From Limisphaerales bacterium (GTDB taxonomy: Bacteria; Verrucomicrobiota; Verrucomicrobiia; Limisphaerales; SXQI01): a stretch of 64,000 nt of DNA. Of the stretch, positions 44,683 through 53,615 are shown one piece after another (position 1 is the first letter of the stretch; every line of letters begins with the position of its first letter). Below the pieces are notes generated by a model. It saw only the letters and a program-made list of their open reading frames with translations, did not search any database and was not told the origin of the DNA. The stretch lies in NCBI GenBank assembly GCA_044226545.1, contig JBGAGW010000003.1, forward strand, positions 431,823 to 495,822. Reading direction: 5' to 3'. A program made the position numbers and the translations under genes.

Positions 44683-45861
44683 ATGGAACAAGCCACTATG
44701 AAAGCCTTATCGATGACACGTCGCGATTTTACCAAAACAACTTTGCTTGCCGGTGCCGCCGCTGCCTCAGGCAGACTGTTTGCTGCGGATGCGCCGAAGA
44801 AGATCCGAACGGCGGTGATCGGTTGCGGCAGTGTTTCCGGCCAATACCTCCCGGTGCTCACGAAGTGTCCTTACGTCGAAGTGGTGAGCGTGTGCGATAT
44901 CAAACCGCAGCGTGCGCAGAAGCGAGCGCAACAGTTTAATATCCCGCATTGGTACCCGCACATTGATCAACTGCTCGCGGGCGAGCCTTTCGATTTCATG
45001 ATTACGCTCACGGATATGCAGGAGCACGAGCACTTGAACCGCCAGGCGCTTCAGGCAGGCAAACATGTCTGGAGCGAAAAGCCGATCGCCAACACGCTCG
45101 CCGCCGGCCAGGAGCTTTTACAACTCGCCAAAAGGAAAAATGTTCGTCTATGGGGCGCGCCCATCACCGTGCAAAGTCCTCAATTTGCCTTCATGTCGAA
45201 AGCCATCGCCGCGAAAAAGCTGGGGCGCGTGGCTGCGGCTCATGCGGATTACGGACATCAAGGGCCGGGCTGGTCCGCGTTCTTTTATGAAAAAGGCGGC
45301 GGGTCGATGCCCGACCTTGCCGTCTATAATATCACTTCGCTCACCGGCCTTCTTGGTCCAGCCAAACGAGTCACCGCGATGTTGAGCATCGTGACGCCAA
45401 ATCGAACGGTCGAAGATAAAGGCAAGATACAAGTGACCGAGGAGGATAACGCCATGATTCTGCTCGACCACGGCAACGGAATCATTTCGCATATCCAGTC
45501 GGGATTTAATTACTTCAACCCGCACGGGCACGAAGGGAAGAACGAAACGCGGTATACCATTTCGGTTGTTGGTTCGGATGGCTTCCTCGGTCTTGTTGGA
45601 TACGACTGGGAGCCACTAGGGGTAGACATCGCCACCACCGAATCGCCAAAAATGGAGCGGCAGATTACCGACGCCCAGGGGTATCGTTGGCAAATCGGCG
45701 CGGCCCTGGCTGCGGAATGTCTCGTCACCGGCAAAGAACTTCTGGTGACCCCGGAACACGCGTTACACGTTTTGGAAATCATCACCGCCGCCCGTGAATC
45801 ACAAGCCACCGGCAGACGGATAGATTTGACCTCGACCTTCAAATGGCCGGTGGTGGTCTAA
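44683..45861 (+). CDS. Gfo/Idh/MocA-family oxidoreductase with a Tat signal (possibly GH109-like)
   Basis: It has a Tat-like MTRRDFTKTTLLAGAAAASG, a Rossmann segment IRTAVIGCGSVSG and the WSEKP motif. It starts 4 nt after the GH140-like gene. Confidence 0.88.
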   Translation: MEQATMKALSMTRRDFTKTTLLAGAAAASGRLFAADAPKKIRTAVIGCGSVSGQYLPVLTKCPYVEVVSVCDIKPQRAQKRAQQFNIPHWYPHIDQLLAGEPFDFMITLTDMQEHEHLNRQALQAGKHVWSEKPIANTLAAGQELLQLAKRKNVRLWGAPITVQSPQFAFMSKAIAAKKLGRVAAAHADYGHQGPGWSAFFYEKGGGSMPDLAVYNITSLTGLLGPAKRVTAMLSIVTPNRTVEDKGKIQVTEEDNAMILLDHGNGIISHIQSGFNYFNPHGHEGKNETRYTISVVGSDGFLGLVGYDWEPLGVDIATTESPKMERQITDAQGYRWQIGAALAAECLVTGKELLVTPEHALHVLEIITAARESQATGRRIDLTSTFKWPVVV

Positions 45862-45869
45862 ACCGCTGA

Positions 45870-48800
45870 CTATTTTCGCACCAACCGATAGAACCGCGCA
45901 TGCCCCTGGGTCGGGCGTTGAACAGAATTGACCGAACCAGGATCAATCGTTGTCACAGCCGTCCACAACGGGTGCGCTAAATCGGACGTCTCCTCGAGAG
46001 TTGCGGCGGAAAAACCACGCCAGGAAATGATCACGTTCCCGGCTTGCATCGTGACAACGAGTTCCGGCTGGTTCTGGAACACGAGACACTCGCTGGTGGT
46101 GATGCTCGCGAATCTCAAATCGCTGTTCGCATTATCACGATAGCAGATCCGCGCCTGGCCATTTTCATCAATCGCGATAGAGGTGTAGGAGCCGATTAAA
46201 GTACTGGCGTCGACAGTCTGAATCGACCAGAACGCGCCATTCCAAACGGCATACTTCAGCGTGTTATTACCGAGATCGCGATAGCTGATGTGCGCACGGT
46301 CCGTCGTATCCAAAGCAAGCGAACAATCGAAACCAACGGCTCCGGCGCTGTCGACCACCTCGAGCCGCCAACCGGTCGTCGAACGCTGTGCGAACTTCAG
46401 ATCCGTGTTGGAACTATCGCGGTAAGCGATGCGCGGCTGGCCATCCTCGCCAATGCGCAGCGAACTGGAAAATCCAACTGAACCCTCGGAATCAACCGTT
46501 TCAACGAGCCATGTGCCTCCGTTCCATTCGGCGAATTTCAGATCGTTCAGCGTAGAGTCGCGATAACTGATCATCGGACGATCCTGCGCAGTCAACGCGA
46601 GAGAAGCATCATTCCCGGTTTTGTTCGTTGCGTCGACTGTTTGCACCTGCCATCCCGCTACGCCTTTTTGCGCGTAAAGCAGATCGCCGTTCGCCTCGTC
46701 CATAAAGGCGACCCGCGGAGTGCCATCGCGCGCCAGCTTCAACGAGCTGAAACTGCCGGCCGGTCCTACGGTTGGAATCGTTTCAATCTCCCAACTCGTT
46801 CCGTTCCACGCCGCGAATTTGAGGCGTTGTTGTGTTTCATCACGGTAGCAGATTCGCGGTTGACCTGATTCATTCAGTGCGATGGACGTATAGGTCCCAA
46901 CATTGCCCGTAACATCCACGGTTTCGATAGTCCAACCGTTCAGGGTCTGGCGCGCGTATTTCAGATCACCATTCGTCGTATCGTAATAACTGATGTGGGC
47001 CGCTCCCGCGGAGTCAAGCGCAAGCGAGCTGTAATTGCCCACCGATCCAGCACTGTCCACAGTCTCAAGTTTCCACAACGGCGCGGGCGGTCCAATTACC
47101 TGGCGAAAGCTGTTCGTGCGGCGAACTCCGTCGAGATCGCTTACCAGCTGAAATACAATTGTCGATCCGCACGGGACCTCTGGAGAAAGCGCGAAGGAGA
47201 CGGGAACATTCATTTCGCCATTCCCAGGAATTGCGACAGGAGTCTCAACGGCTGACGAAATGACTCCGAAGCTTGCGCTCACAACGTGCACCGTTCCGGC
47301 CAGCGGAGTTGAGTTCCCGTTATGCAAAGTGAGGCTTCCCGTGATGGTTTCCCCCGGTTCAACCGCACCGTTTCCGTTCCCACCGGCGGCATCGGAAAAA
47401 TTCAGAGTCCCGATCGAAATCGGATTAGCTGCTCCCGCTGAAGTTCCGTAAATCTGTAAATGGAGAGATTCAAGAACGCCGATGTCCCCCATTTTCAAAT
47501 CAGCTATACGCACGCGCCAGATGCCTTGAGAACTTTCGCCCCAATTACGAACGGTCATGAATTTCCACTCAACGTAATCAGAACCGGGATCATTGTGCTG
47601 TTCAGATAATCGACTTTCCATGCCGGAGGGCGAAATAAGCGTAATTGCAAGGTCGCCGCGGAACGGGTGAGTGATGCTTGCGCTGAGAGTGACATGCTCG
47701 ACCCGCAAATTCGTCTGCGAAATATCGAAATCCTGAGTAATTCCCTGTATATCGTTGTCCGGAATGGCCAACTCGAGATTCGTCTTCGCGACCGAGACAT
47801 TTGTCCACACTCCGAGGTTCTGCCAGGTTAGTGCGAGCTCGACAGCGCCATCCACGTTGAGCAATCCCGCGCCGTATTTGTGATTGAAATGCATGGCAGC
47901 GGCATTCACCGTCCAATCCAAATCGTGCTCATCCACGACCAACGCCGAGCGCATCAGAATCTCCTGCATGTCACGCCAGCCGAGGTTCGGGTTCGCACTT
48001 AATAAAAGAGCGACTGCGCCAGCAGCCTGCGGAACCGAGGCGGAAGTGCCGACAAAACTTTTTGTATAATCCAGGTCAGAATAATCGTCCGGACTTTCAA
48101 CCTTGTTGGCGCCGTCGGCGCCTTGAAGGTCAGTCGTGGTTATGCCGGGTCGGCCGAAACTACCACTGGGCGTGACCACCACAACGCAAGCGCCCGGTTC
48201 GCTGAAATCAGTCTGCAATCCCTGGTCGCTCACTGAACCCACGGCGATGGTGTAAATTGAATTCGCGTAGGCGTCGTAGTTCGCGTTGTCATGAACATCA
48301 AGCCCATTTCCAGCGGCCCAGACGTAGATTTCACCGTGGCCGTTTCGCCCCGAACGCACACCTTCCTCCAGAGCCGCCAAGGCCAGCGGTCCAGGTCCTT
48401 CGAGCGTCTTACCGTCATCCTCTGGGCCCCAGCTATTGCTCTTCACGTGGATTTGCTCATTCTTAAACAGAATTGCCTCCGACTCGGTCACGTCCGTGCT
48501 CGCGAGGCTGATCAGGCGGAGTCCCGCGATAGTCGCTTCGAAGGCGACGCCAGCCACCCCCACTCCATTGTCACCAATCGCCGCAGCCGCGCCGGCACAT
48601 TCCGTTCCGTGGAAATCACCTTTAAGCGGATGCGCCGTCGGATCGGCATCGCGCTCATTCCAATCGTATCCGAGCGCGGGATCGATATGCGCGGCCAAAT
48701 CCGGATGACTCGTGTCGATCCCGTCATCGACAACTCCGATAGCCACTCCTTTGCCCCGGTAATTGGTCCAGGTGTTGGTCAGATGCAGATCGATGCCAGC

Positions 48801-49277
48801 GCGCGCACCGCTTAAACCATGATTCACCAGGTTCCACTGATTAGTGAAGAGCGGATCATTAGGTAAAGACTTTCGGACTCGCTGCCTGGCCAAAATCGGT
48901 TCCGCGCTGATGACGGATGGATTCGCGCGCAGCTTTCCCAGAACTTCCAATGCGAGTTCCGCAGACGGAGCCTGAAAAATGTAATGGTCCTCGCGCAGCG
49001 GCGTTGCCCGAAAATGCGCAGCATCGACGGCCGCCGCCACGGAGGCGGGGTCGCTCCCCTTTTTGAGATGAACAAGAATATCTGTCGTAACCTGACGCGA
49101 GGTGGCATGCACTTTTCCCACCTCTCGCAGTTCGACTATCTCGCCACGACTCGGGCCAACGTGAAAGTGCCTTGGTTGCCCGCTCTCGAGTGCCCGAAGC
49201 GTTTGACCGCCAATCATGGGCACAGATGTCCCGAGAAGCAGCGCGATCAGGCCGAGACGTGGAAGCAAATAATTCAA
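45870..49277 (-). CDS. Secreted S8 (kexin/proprotein-convertase-like) serine peptidase with a P-domain, a 7-repeat propeller and an '...RFYRL' tail
   Basis: The catalytic triad contexts are VVDDGID, HGTECAG and GTSASVPQAAG. The P-domain is HPFRGDLAITLISPSGMESRL...WGESSQGIWRVRIAD. These are followed by seven 47-aa repeats and a C-terminal ...ISWRG...PLWTAV...ARFYRLVRK. Confidence 0.92.
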   Translation of the reverse strand: MNYLLPRLGLIALLLGTSVPMIGGQTLRALESGQPRHFHVGPSRGEIVELREVGKVHATSRQVTTDILVHLKKGSDPASVAAAVDAAHFRATPLREDHYIFQAPSAELALEVLGKLRANPSVISAEPILARQRVRKSLPNDPLFTNQWNLVNHGLSGARAGIDLHLTNTWTNYRGKGVAIGVVDDGIDTSHPDLAAHIDPALGYDWNERDADPTAHPLKGDFHGTECAGAAAAIGDNGVGVAGVAFEATIAGLRLISLASTDVTESEAILFKNEQIHVKSNSWGPEDDGKTLEGPGPLALAALEEGVRSGRNGHGEIYVWAAGNGLDVHDNANYDAYANSIYTIAVGSVSDQGLQTDFSEPGACVVVVTPSGSFGRPGITTTDLQGADGANKVESPDDYSDLDYTKSFVGTSASVPQAAGAVALLLSANPNLGWRDMQEILMRSALVVDEHDLDWTVNAAAMHFNHKYGAGLLNVDGAVELALTWQNLGVWTNVSVAKTNLELAIPDNDIQGITQDFDISQTNLRVEHVTLSASITHPFRGDLAITLISPSGMESRLSEQHNDPGSDYVEWKFMTVRNWGESSQGIWRVRIADLKMGDIGVLESLHLQIYGTSAGAANPISIGTLNFSDAAGGNGNGAVEPGETITGSLTLHNGNSTPLAGTVHVVSASFGVISSAVETPVAIPGNGEMNVPVSFALSPEVPCGSTIVFQLVSDLDGVRRTNSFRQVIGPPAPLWKLETVDSAGSVGNYSSLALDSAGAAHISYYDTTNGDLKYARQTLNGWTIETVDVTGNVGTYTSIALNESGQPRICYRDETQQRLKFAAWNGTSWEIETIPTVGPAGSFSSLKLARDGTPRVAFMDEANGDLLYAQKGVAGWQVQTVDATNKTGNDASLALTAQDRPMISYRDSTLNDLKFAEWNGGTWLVETVDSEGSVGFSSSLRIGEDGQPRIAYRDSSNTDLKFAQRSTTGWRLEVVDSAGAVGFDCSLALDTTDRAHISYRDLGNNTLKYAVWNGAFWSIQTVDASTLIGSYTSIAIDENGQARICYRDNANSDLRFASITTSECLVFQNQPELVVTMQAGNVIISWRGFSAATLEETSDLAHPLWTAVTTIDPGSVNSVQRPTQGHARFYRLVRK
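46083..47075 (-). repeat. Seven tandem ~141-bp (47-aa) coding repeats inside the S8 peptidase gene
   Basis: The unit consensus is W.(I/V)ETVD..G.VG.y.S(L/I)AL...G.P.I.YRD....DLKFA. The repeats read: VGNYSSLALDSAGAAHISYYD..., VGTYTSIALNESGQPRICYRD..., AGSFSSLKLARDGTPRVAFMD..., TGNDASLALTAQDRPMISYRD..., VGFSSSLRIGEDGQPRIAYRD..., VGFDCSLALDTTDRAHISYRD..., IGSYTSIAIDENGQARICYRD... Confidence 0.85.
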
Positions 49278-49304
49278 TTCGGTTCAGCCGAAGTATAGCA
49301 CAAC

Positions 49305-51086
49305 TCATGCCCACGCGGGCTTCGGCGCAGTGAAAGTCATACGCTGATGGGTGAGCGGATGGTTCAACTCAATCCGCCACGCGTGCAGACAAAGGGGCGC
49401 TTCTTCGGGACTCAGCGTCTGCTTCACGCCGCTCCCTGCAGTCGAATATATCGGGTCGCCACAGACGGGCCAACCAAGGGTGGCCAGATGCAATCGAATT
49501 TGGTTGGTCCGCCCTGTAATCGGGTACGCCTCCAGGAGCGTCGTCCCATCGTCGCGGCGTTCAACAACTCGAAATTCTGTGCGCGACGGCAATCCTTCCG
49601 AAGGATCAATTTCACGACTGCCGACCTCGCCAGGCTCGGCCGAAACGGGTGCGTCGCAGAAAAAGGAATCATTCGGCGGTGAGCCCGCGACGCGAACCAG
49701 ATAGGCCTTCTTGATCTCACCCCTCGAAAACTGTGGTTGAAGGCGAGAAGCAAAATGACGCGTGCGTGTGACCAGCACCAATCCTGTGGTGTTCGCATCC
49801 AAACGATGCGCCGGATGCGGTTTTTGCGGCCGGTACACTTCGTTGAGAATGTATTGAAGCGTGTTTCGATTGAAGCGACCGCCCGCGTGCATCGGCAGAG
49901 GCGCCGGCTTATGCAGGACGATCAACGCTTCGTCCTCGTGCAGAATCTCGATTTTCGCGTTTACCTCTGGCTCAACAATCGAGGGCAGTTTCTGGAAATA
50001 CCTTTCGCCGGCAGAGACACGATGATCGAGCGCGACCGTTTGTCGCTCTGGTCCGAGCAAGAGCCCTGCATCGCAAACCCGCTTCCATTCCGTTTCCGGA
50101 ATATGTTTGAGCGTGGCGGAGAGAAAGTCGATCAAGGTGAAACCGTCGCAGCGCGTGGGCACAGTTATCGGGCGACAATTATCGTACGCGATGCTGCCAG
50201 GCAGCGGCGTGGTGACTCGTCGAATCGCCTCGTGCCGCTCTGCAATGTTCAAGGCCATTTGTTCCATTGAAGTGCGGAAACAGTACGGACACGATTTTCC
50301 CGCAACGTAACGAGGATCACCCTGTTCCGCCTCGGTGAGCGGCGTAAGGCATTTGAAACATTGAGTGCTCTCAGTTTCGTGGAGTGTGGGATCCACTCCC
50401 ACGCGCTGATCGAAGACGAAACACTCTCCTTCGTAATGAGCACCGCCGCATACCTCGAAATACTTCAGTATTCCGCCGTCCAACTGGAAGATGTTTTTGA
50501 ACCCTTCCCTCTCCATGAACGGCCCGGCCTTTTCGCAGCGAATTCCGCCCGTGCAGAACATAACGATGGGCTGCTCCTTCATCTCCGGCGGAAGTTTTCG
50601 CACTGCTTCGGGAAAGTTTCGGAAGTTCTGGATGCCAATCGGCAGCGCGTTCTTGAACGTCCCCAGCTTCACCTCGTAGTCGTTTCGCGTATCAAGCAGC
50701 GTTACGGGACGCCCTTGGTCGAGCCATTGCTTCAACGTCTGTGCGGGCAGTTTCGGGGAAGTTCGCCTGGCTGGATCGATTCCGGGAACGCCGAAAGCGA
50801 TGATCTCTTTTTTGATTCGCACCAGCATCCGATTGAACGGTTGATGATCCGTTTCGCTCACCTTCGGCTCGAGTTCCTCGAGGCCCGGGATCGCACGCAA
50901 TTCAGCCAGTAATTGATCGATCTCCTCTGGTCCACCCGCTACAAAGAGGTTTATCCCCTCGGTGCTGATGAGAATCGTTCCTTTCAGTCGAAGGCGCCGG
51001 GTGAGCCCAAGCAAATGTGCGCGCAGTTCTTTGAGCTCTATAAGCGGCGCGAACTTGTAAGCGGCAATGTTGCGGATGGTTGTCAT
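49305..51086 (-). CDS. Fusion protein: TrhO/YceA-like rhodanese domain (UPF0176) + RluA-family pseudouridine synthase
   Basis: The N-terminal half has IAAYKF...ILISTEGINLFVAG...LLDTRNDYEVKLGTF...VMFCTGGIRCEKAG...LDGGILKYF...ECFVFDQRVGV plus a CxxC..CxxC cluster. The C-terminal half has LHKPAPLPMH...HRLDANTTGLVLV...TGRTNQIRLHLA. The true ATG is at 51084-51086 (MTTIRNIAAYKF). Confidence 0.85.
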   Translation of the reverse strand: MTTIRNIAAYKFAPLIELKELRAHLLGLTRRLRLKGTILISTEGINLFVAGGPEEIDQLLAELRAIPGLEELEPKVSETDHQPFNRMLVRIKKEIIAFGVPGIDPARRTSPKLPAQTLKQWLDQGRPVTLLDTRNDYEVKLGTFKNALPIGIQNFRNFPEAVRKLPPEMKEQPIVMFCTGGIRCEKAGPFMEREGFKNIFQLDGGILKYFEVCGGAHYEGECFVFDQRVGVDPTLHETESTQCFKCLTPLTEAEQGDPRYVAGKSCPYCFRTSMEQMALNIAERHEAIRRVTTPLPGSIAYDNCRPITVPTRCDGFTLIDFLSATLKHIPETEWKRVCDAGLLLGPERQTVALDHRVSAGERYFQKLPSIVEPEVNAKIEILHEDEALIVLHKPAPLPMHAGGRFNRNTLQYILNEVYRPQKPHPAHRLDANTTGLVLVTRTRHFASRLQPQFSRGEIKKAYLVRVAGSPPNDSFFCDAPVSAEPGEVGSREIDPSEGLPSRTEFRVVERRDDGTTLLEAYPITGRTNQIRLHLATLGWPVCGDPIYSTAGSGVKQTLSPEEAPLCLHAWRIELNHPLTHQRMTFTAPKPAWA

Positions 51087-51161
51087 CAGCGAAAAATTAC
51101 AAGATAACCAGAAATCACTCGCTTTCGAGAGGGAATCTGCGCAAAACGCAAGTAACCTGAT

Positions 51162-51836
51162 TTGCCTCGGAGCGGTCTTGATTGTGCGGTGAACACGGAT
51201 AGAGACATCGTCCTGATTGGAAACGGCCCGCTTTCCCAACAACTTCCTCCCGAACTTGTTGCGCGGGCGTTTGTCATCCGTTTTAACGTGCCCCGCCGCC
51301 ACCCACCGGAATTCGGGGAAAAATGTGACGCGCTTTGCGTGACCAATCACGGCAATCCGGGCCGCCATATCGCGAAAGAGCGCGCGTTGCTGAACAGCAA
51401 GTATATCACACCGCACACTGAGATTTGGATTCCGCGTCCGCGCTTTCGCAGCTCATTGGGTTGCCTCTGGAACCATCCGATCCGGAAGACCCGGTGGACA
51501 CTTGACCATGCGCATCACATCATTCGCCGGAACAAACTTCACCTCAACACAGTGGTTCTTTTTTCAGAACAACTCTGGCGGGAGGCTTTCGGCATGCTCG
51601 GTCTGGACGCAACGCAAATCGAAGTTTCGCCAAGCTCTGGCTTTCTCGCTCTGGTTTACGTTCTGCAACGTTTTCCGCCAGAACTGTACAAGATACACCT
51701 GAGCGGATTTACTTTCGAAGGCAGTGCCGCGCATCCATGGAAACTGGAAAAAGCGGCGGCCGAAAAGCTGGCCAACTCAGGAATCCTCAAAGTTTGGGAC
51801 ACCCAACCCAATCAATCGAGCCGAGCGACAGCTTGA
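51162..51836 (+). CDS. Putative glycosyltransferase with sialyltransferase-like (GT29/GT42-like) motifs
   Basis: The L-like motif is IVLIGNGPLS...FVIRFN...EFGEKCDALCV. The S-like motif is PSSGFLALVYVLQRF...LSGF. The VS-like motif is HPWKLE (H-x4-E). The assignment rests on motif resemblance only. Confidence 0.5.
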   Translation: MPRSGLDCAVNTDRDIVLIGNGPLSQQLPPELVARAFVIRFNVPRRHPPEFGEKCDALCVTNHGNPGRHIAKERALLNSKYITPHTEIWIPRPRFRSSLGCLWNHPIRKTRWTLDHAHHIIRRNKLHLNTVVLFSEQLWREAFGMLGLDATQIEVSPSSGFLALVYVLQRFPPELYKIHLSGFTFEGSAAHPWKLEKAAAEKLANSGILKVWDTQPNQSSRATA

Positions 51837-52472
51837 TCAAGGGTTGATACAGCGCACCGCCCGCCAGAGGACAGAGATCGGCTCGCACGTTTCAATTTCA
51901 ACCCCTGCTTCACGCATCAATTTGCGGAGGTTGAGATCGGTTTTGAAGCCCAATCGATAGCAGATGGGAGAATAAAGCTTCTCCACGAAACCGAAAAACG
52001 GATTCTCGCTCTGGAAATGATTCAGGAACACAAGGTACCCGCCCGGCTTGCACACCCTTTTCATTTCCTTTACCACCGCGACCGGGTCCGGCACCGTTGA
52101 AATGAAATAAGCGGCAAAAACCCGATCAAAACTGGCATCTGGAAATTCCAGCTTCGTTGCGTCCATCTTCTGCAGCTTGATGTTCCGCAGGCGCAACTCT
52201 TTGGCGCGCTCATGCGCCTTTTCGAGCATTCCTTGCGAGAGATCTATGCCGGTGAAATCAATGTTCCGAGGCAACAACGGCAAGGAAAGTCCCGTGCCGA
52301 TCCCTACCTCCAGAAGCTTGGCGCCGGGGTAAAGATCCAATAATTCAGGCCCGAGTTCCCGTCCGCTTTGAAAGACTTTGCCGAAGAGGAAATCGTAAAC
52401 CCCTGAGTAGGTGTTGTACACCCTCTCCATGTATTCCACGCTCATACCATGTTTGCAGGCTGCAAAAGACAT
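51837..52472 (-). CDS. Class I SAM-dependent methyltransferase (PmtA-like)
   Basis: Motif I is LLEVGIGTGLSL, followed by GIDLSQGMLEKA and KPGGYLVFLNH. Confidence 0.85.
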   Translation of the reverse strand: MSFAACKHGMSVEYMERVYNTYSGVYDFLFGKVFQSGRELGPELLDLYPGAKLLEVGIGTGLSLPLLPRNIDFTGIDLSQGMLEKAHERAKELRLRNIKLQKMDATKLEFPDASFDRVFAAYFISTVPDPVAVVKEMKRVCKPGGYLVFLNHFQSENPFFGFVEKLYSPICYRLGFKTDLNLRKLMREAGVEIETCEPISVLWRAVRCINP

Positions 52473-52599
52473 TGTTACTTAGAGCATTTTCGCTCCCTCG
52501 TAAACCACGAAAACTCGTTGAGCTTTGCACGGAACGCAACTCCGGCCTATTCGGGAGATTTACTATTCCTCTCTATCTTCCTAATTTGTACCGAAACAA

Positions 52600-53421
52600 A
52601 TGCGCTTTCTCAGCCACTTTCCCTCGATGCCGCTCGCCGCCTTCGTCGAGTCCTTCTGGTTTTACGATGGCCTGAGTCCTGCGCATCGCCTCGAACGCGT
52701 TCTGCCGGAAGGCACGTTCGAACTCCTGATCAACTTGCGCGAGGAACCACGCCACACTTTCTCAGAGAGCCTTGACTGTGCCGCCACATTTCGGGGTTCC
52801 TGGATTGCAGGCATGCATTCGACTGCCGTGATAATCGATACTGCACCGAACTCGTCCATGATGGGAGCTCATTTCAGACCGGGTGGCGCACCGTTGGTCC
52901 TCGGATTTCCGGGGCACGAGCTTTCCGATCGGATTGTGGAAGCCGAAGCGATCTGGGGCCTTGATTCCATGAGGTTGCGAGATGCACTGATCGACGCACC
53001 GGCACCTGCCGCCAAATTCAGGTGCCTCGAAAGCTTTTTGCTCGGACGCTTGCGCGGTCACTCCAACGAGAATCCCTCTCTTGCTCACGCGGTCCGCATT
53101 TTCCGAAGCGTTCCCGAATCTGTCAGTGTCCGGAAAATTGCGGCCGAGATTGGTTGGAGCCACAAACATTTGATCGAGACCTTTCAAACCCGCGTCGGGA
53201 TGTCGCCGAAGCAATTCAGCCGCGTGCAACGATTCCAGAAGACCGTCCGCACCCTACAGCAGCACTCCATCGCGCCGCTCGCGGAGATAGCTCTCTCCTG
53301 CGGCTATTATGATCAGCCCCACTTCAATGCCGAGTTCAAATCTTTTTCGGGCCTCACTCCCACCGAGTTTCTGCGCGATGCAGGAGGACGTGCCAACTTT
53401 ATCCCTCTAACAAACGCCTGA
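52600..53421 (+). CDS. AraC-family transcriptional regulator
   Basis: The C-terminal double HTH is VRKIAAEIGWSHKHLIETFQTRVGMSPKQF...IALSCGYYDQPHFNAEFKSFSGLTPTEF. Confidence 0.88.
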   Translation: MRFLSHFPSMPLAAFVESFWFYDGLSPAHRLERVLPEGTFELLINLREEPRHTFSESLDCAATFRGSWIAGMHSTAVIIDTAPNSSMMGAHFRPGGAPLVLGFPGHELSDRIVEAEAIWGLDSMRLRDALIDAPAPAAKFRCLESFLLGRLRGHSNENPSLAHAVRIFRSVPESVSVRKIAAEIGWSHKHLIETFQTRVGMSPKQFSRVQRFQKTVRTLQQHSIAPLAEIALSCGYYDQPHFNAEFKSFSGLTPTEFLRDAGGRANFIPLTNA

Positions 53422-53555
53422 ATTTTCAACCAACGGCCCGGTTTCCACAACACCGATCTTCTCTGCTGGCTGACCTGAATTTGCCACCAACCGCCACGCC
53501 AAATTGCGAGCGAATGCAAAATGTTTATTTAAGTCTACGGCTTCAATACGGCGAG

Positions 53556-53587
53556 CAAAAAGCCCTTCCCCGCGAAGGGAAGGGCTT
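53556..53587 (-). terminator. Rho-independent terminator of the porin gene
   Basis: AGCCCTTCCC (53561-53570) pairs with GGGAAGGGCT (53577-53586) around a 6-nt loop. On the minus strand it is followed by a TTTTG run. It lies 30 nt past the porin stop. Confidence 0.75.
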
Positions 53588-53615
53588 GCAAACAAGGGTA
53601 TTTTCTACGCTGAAA

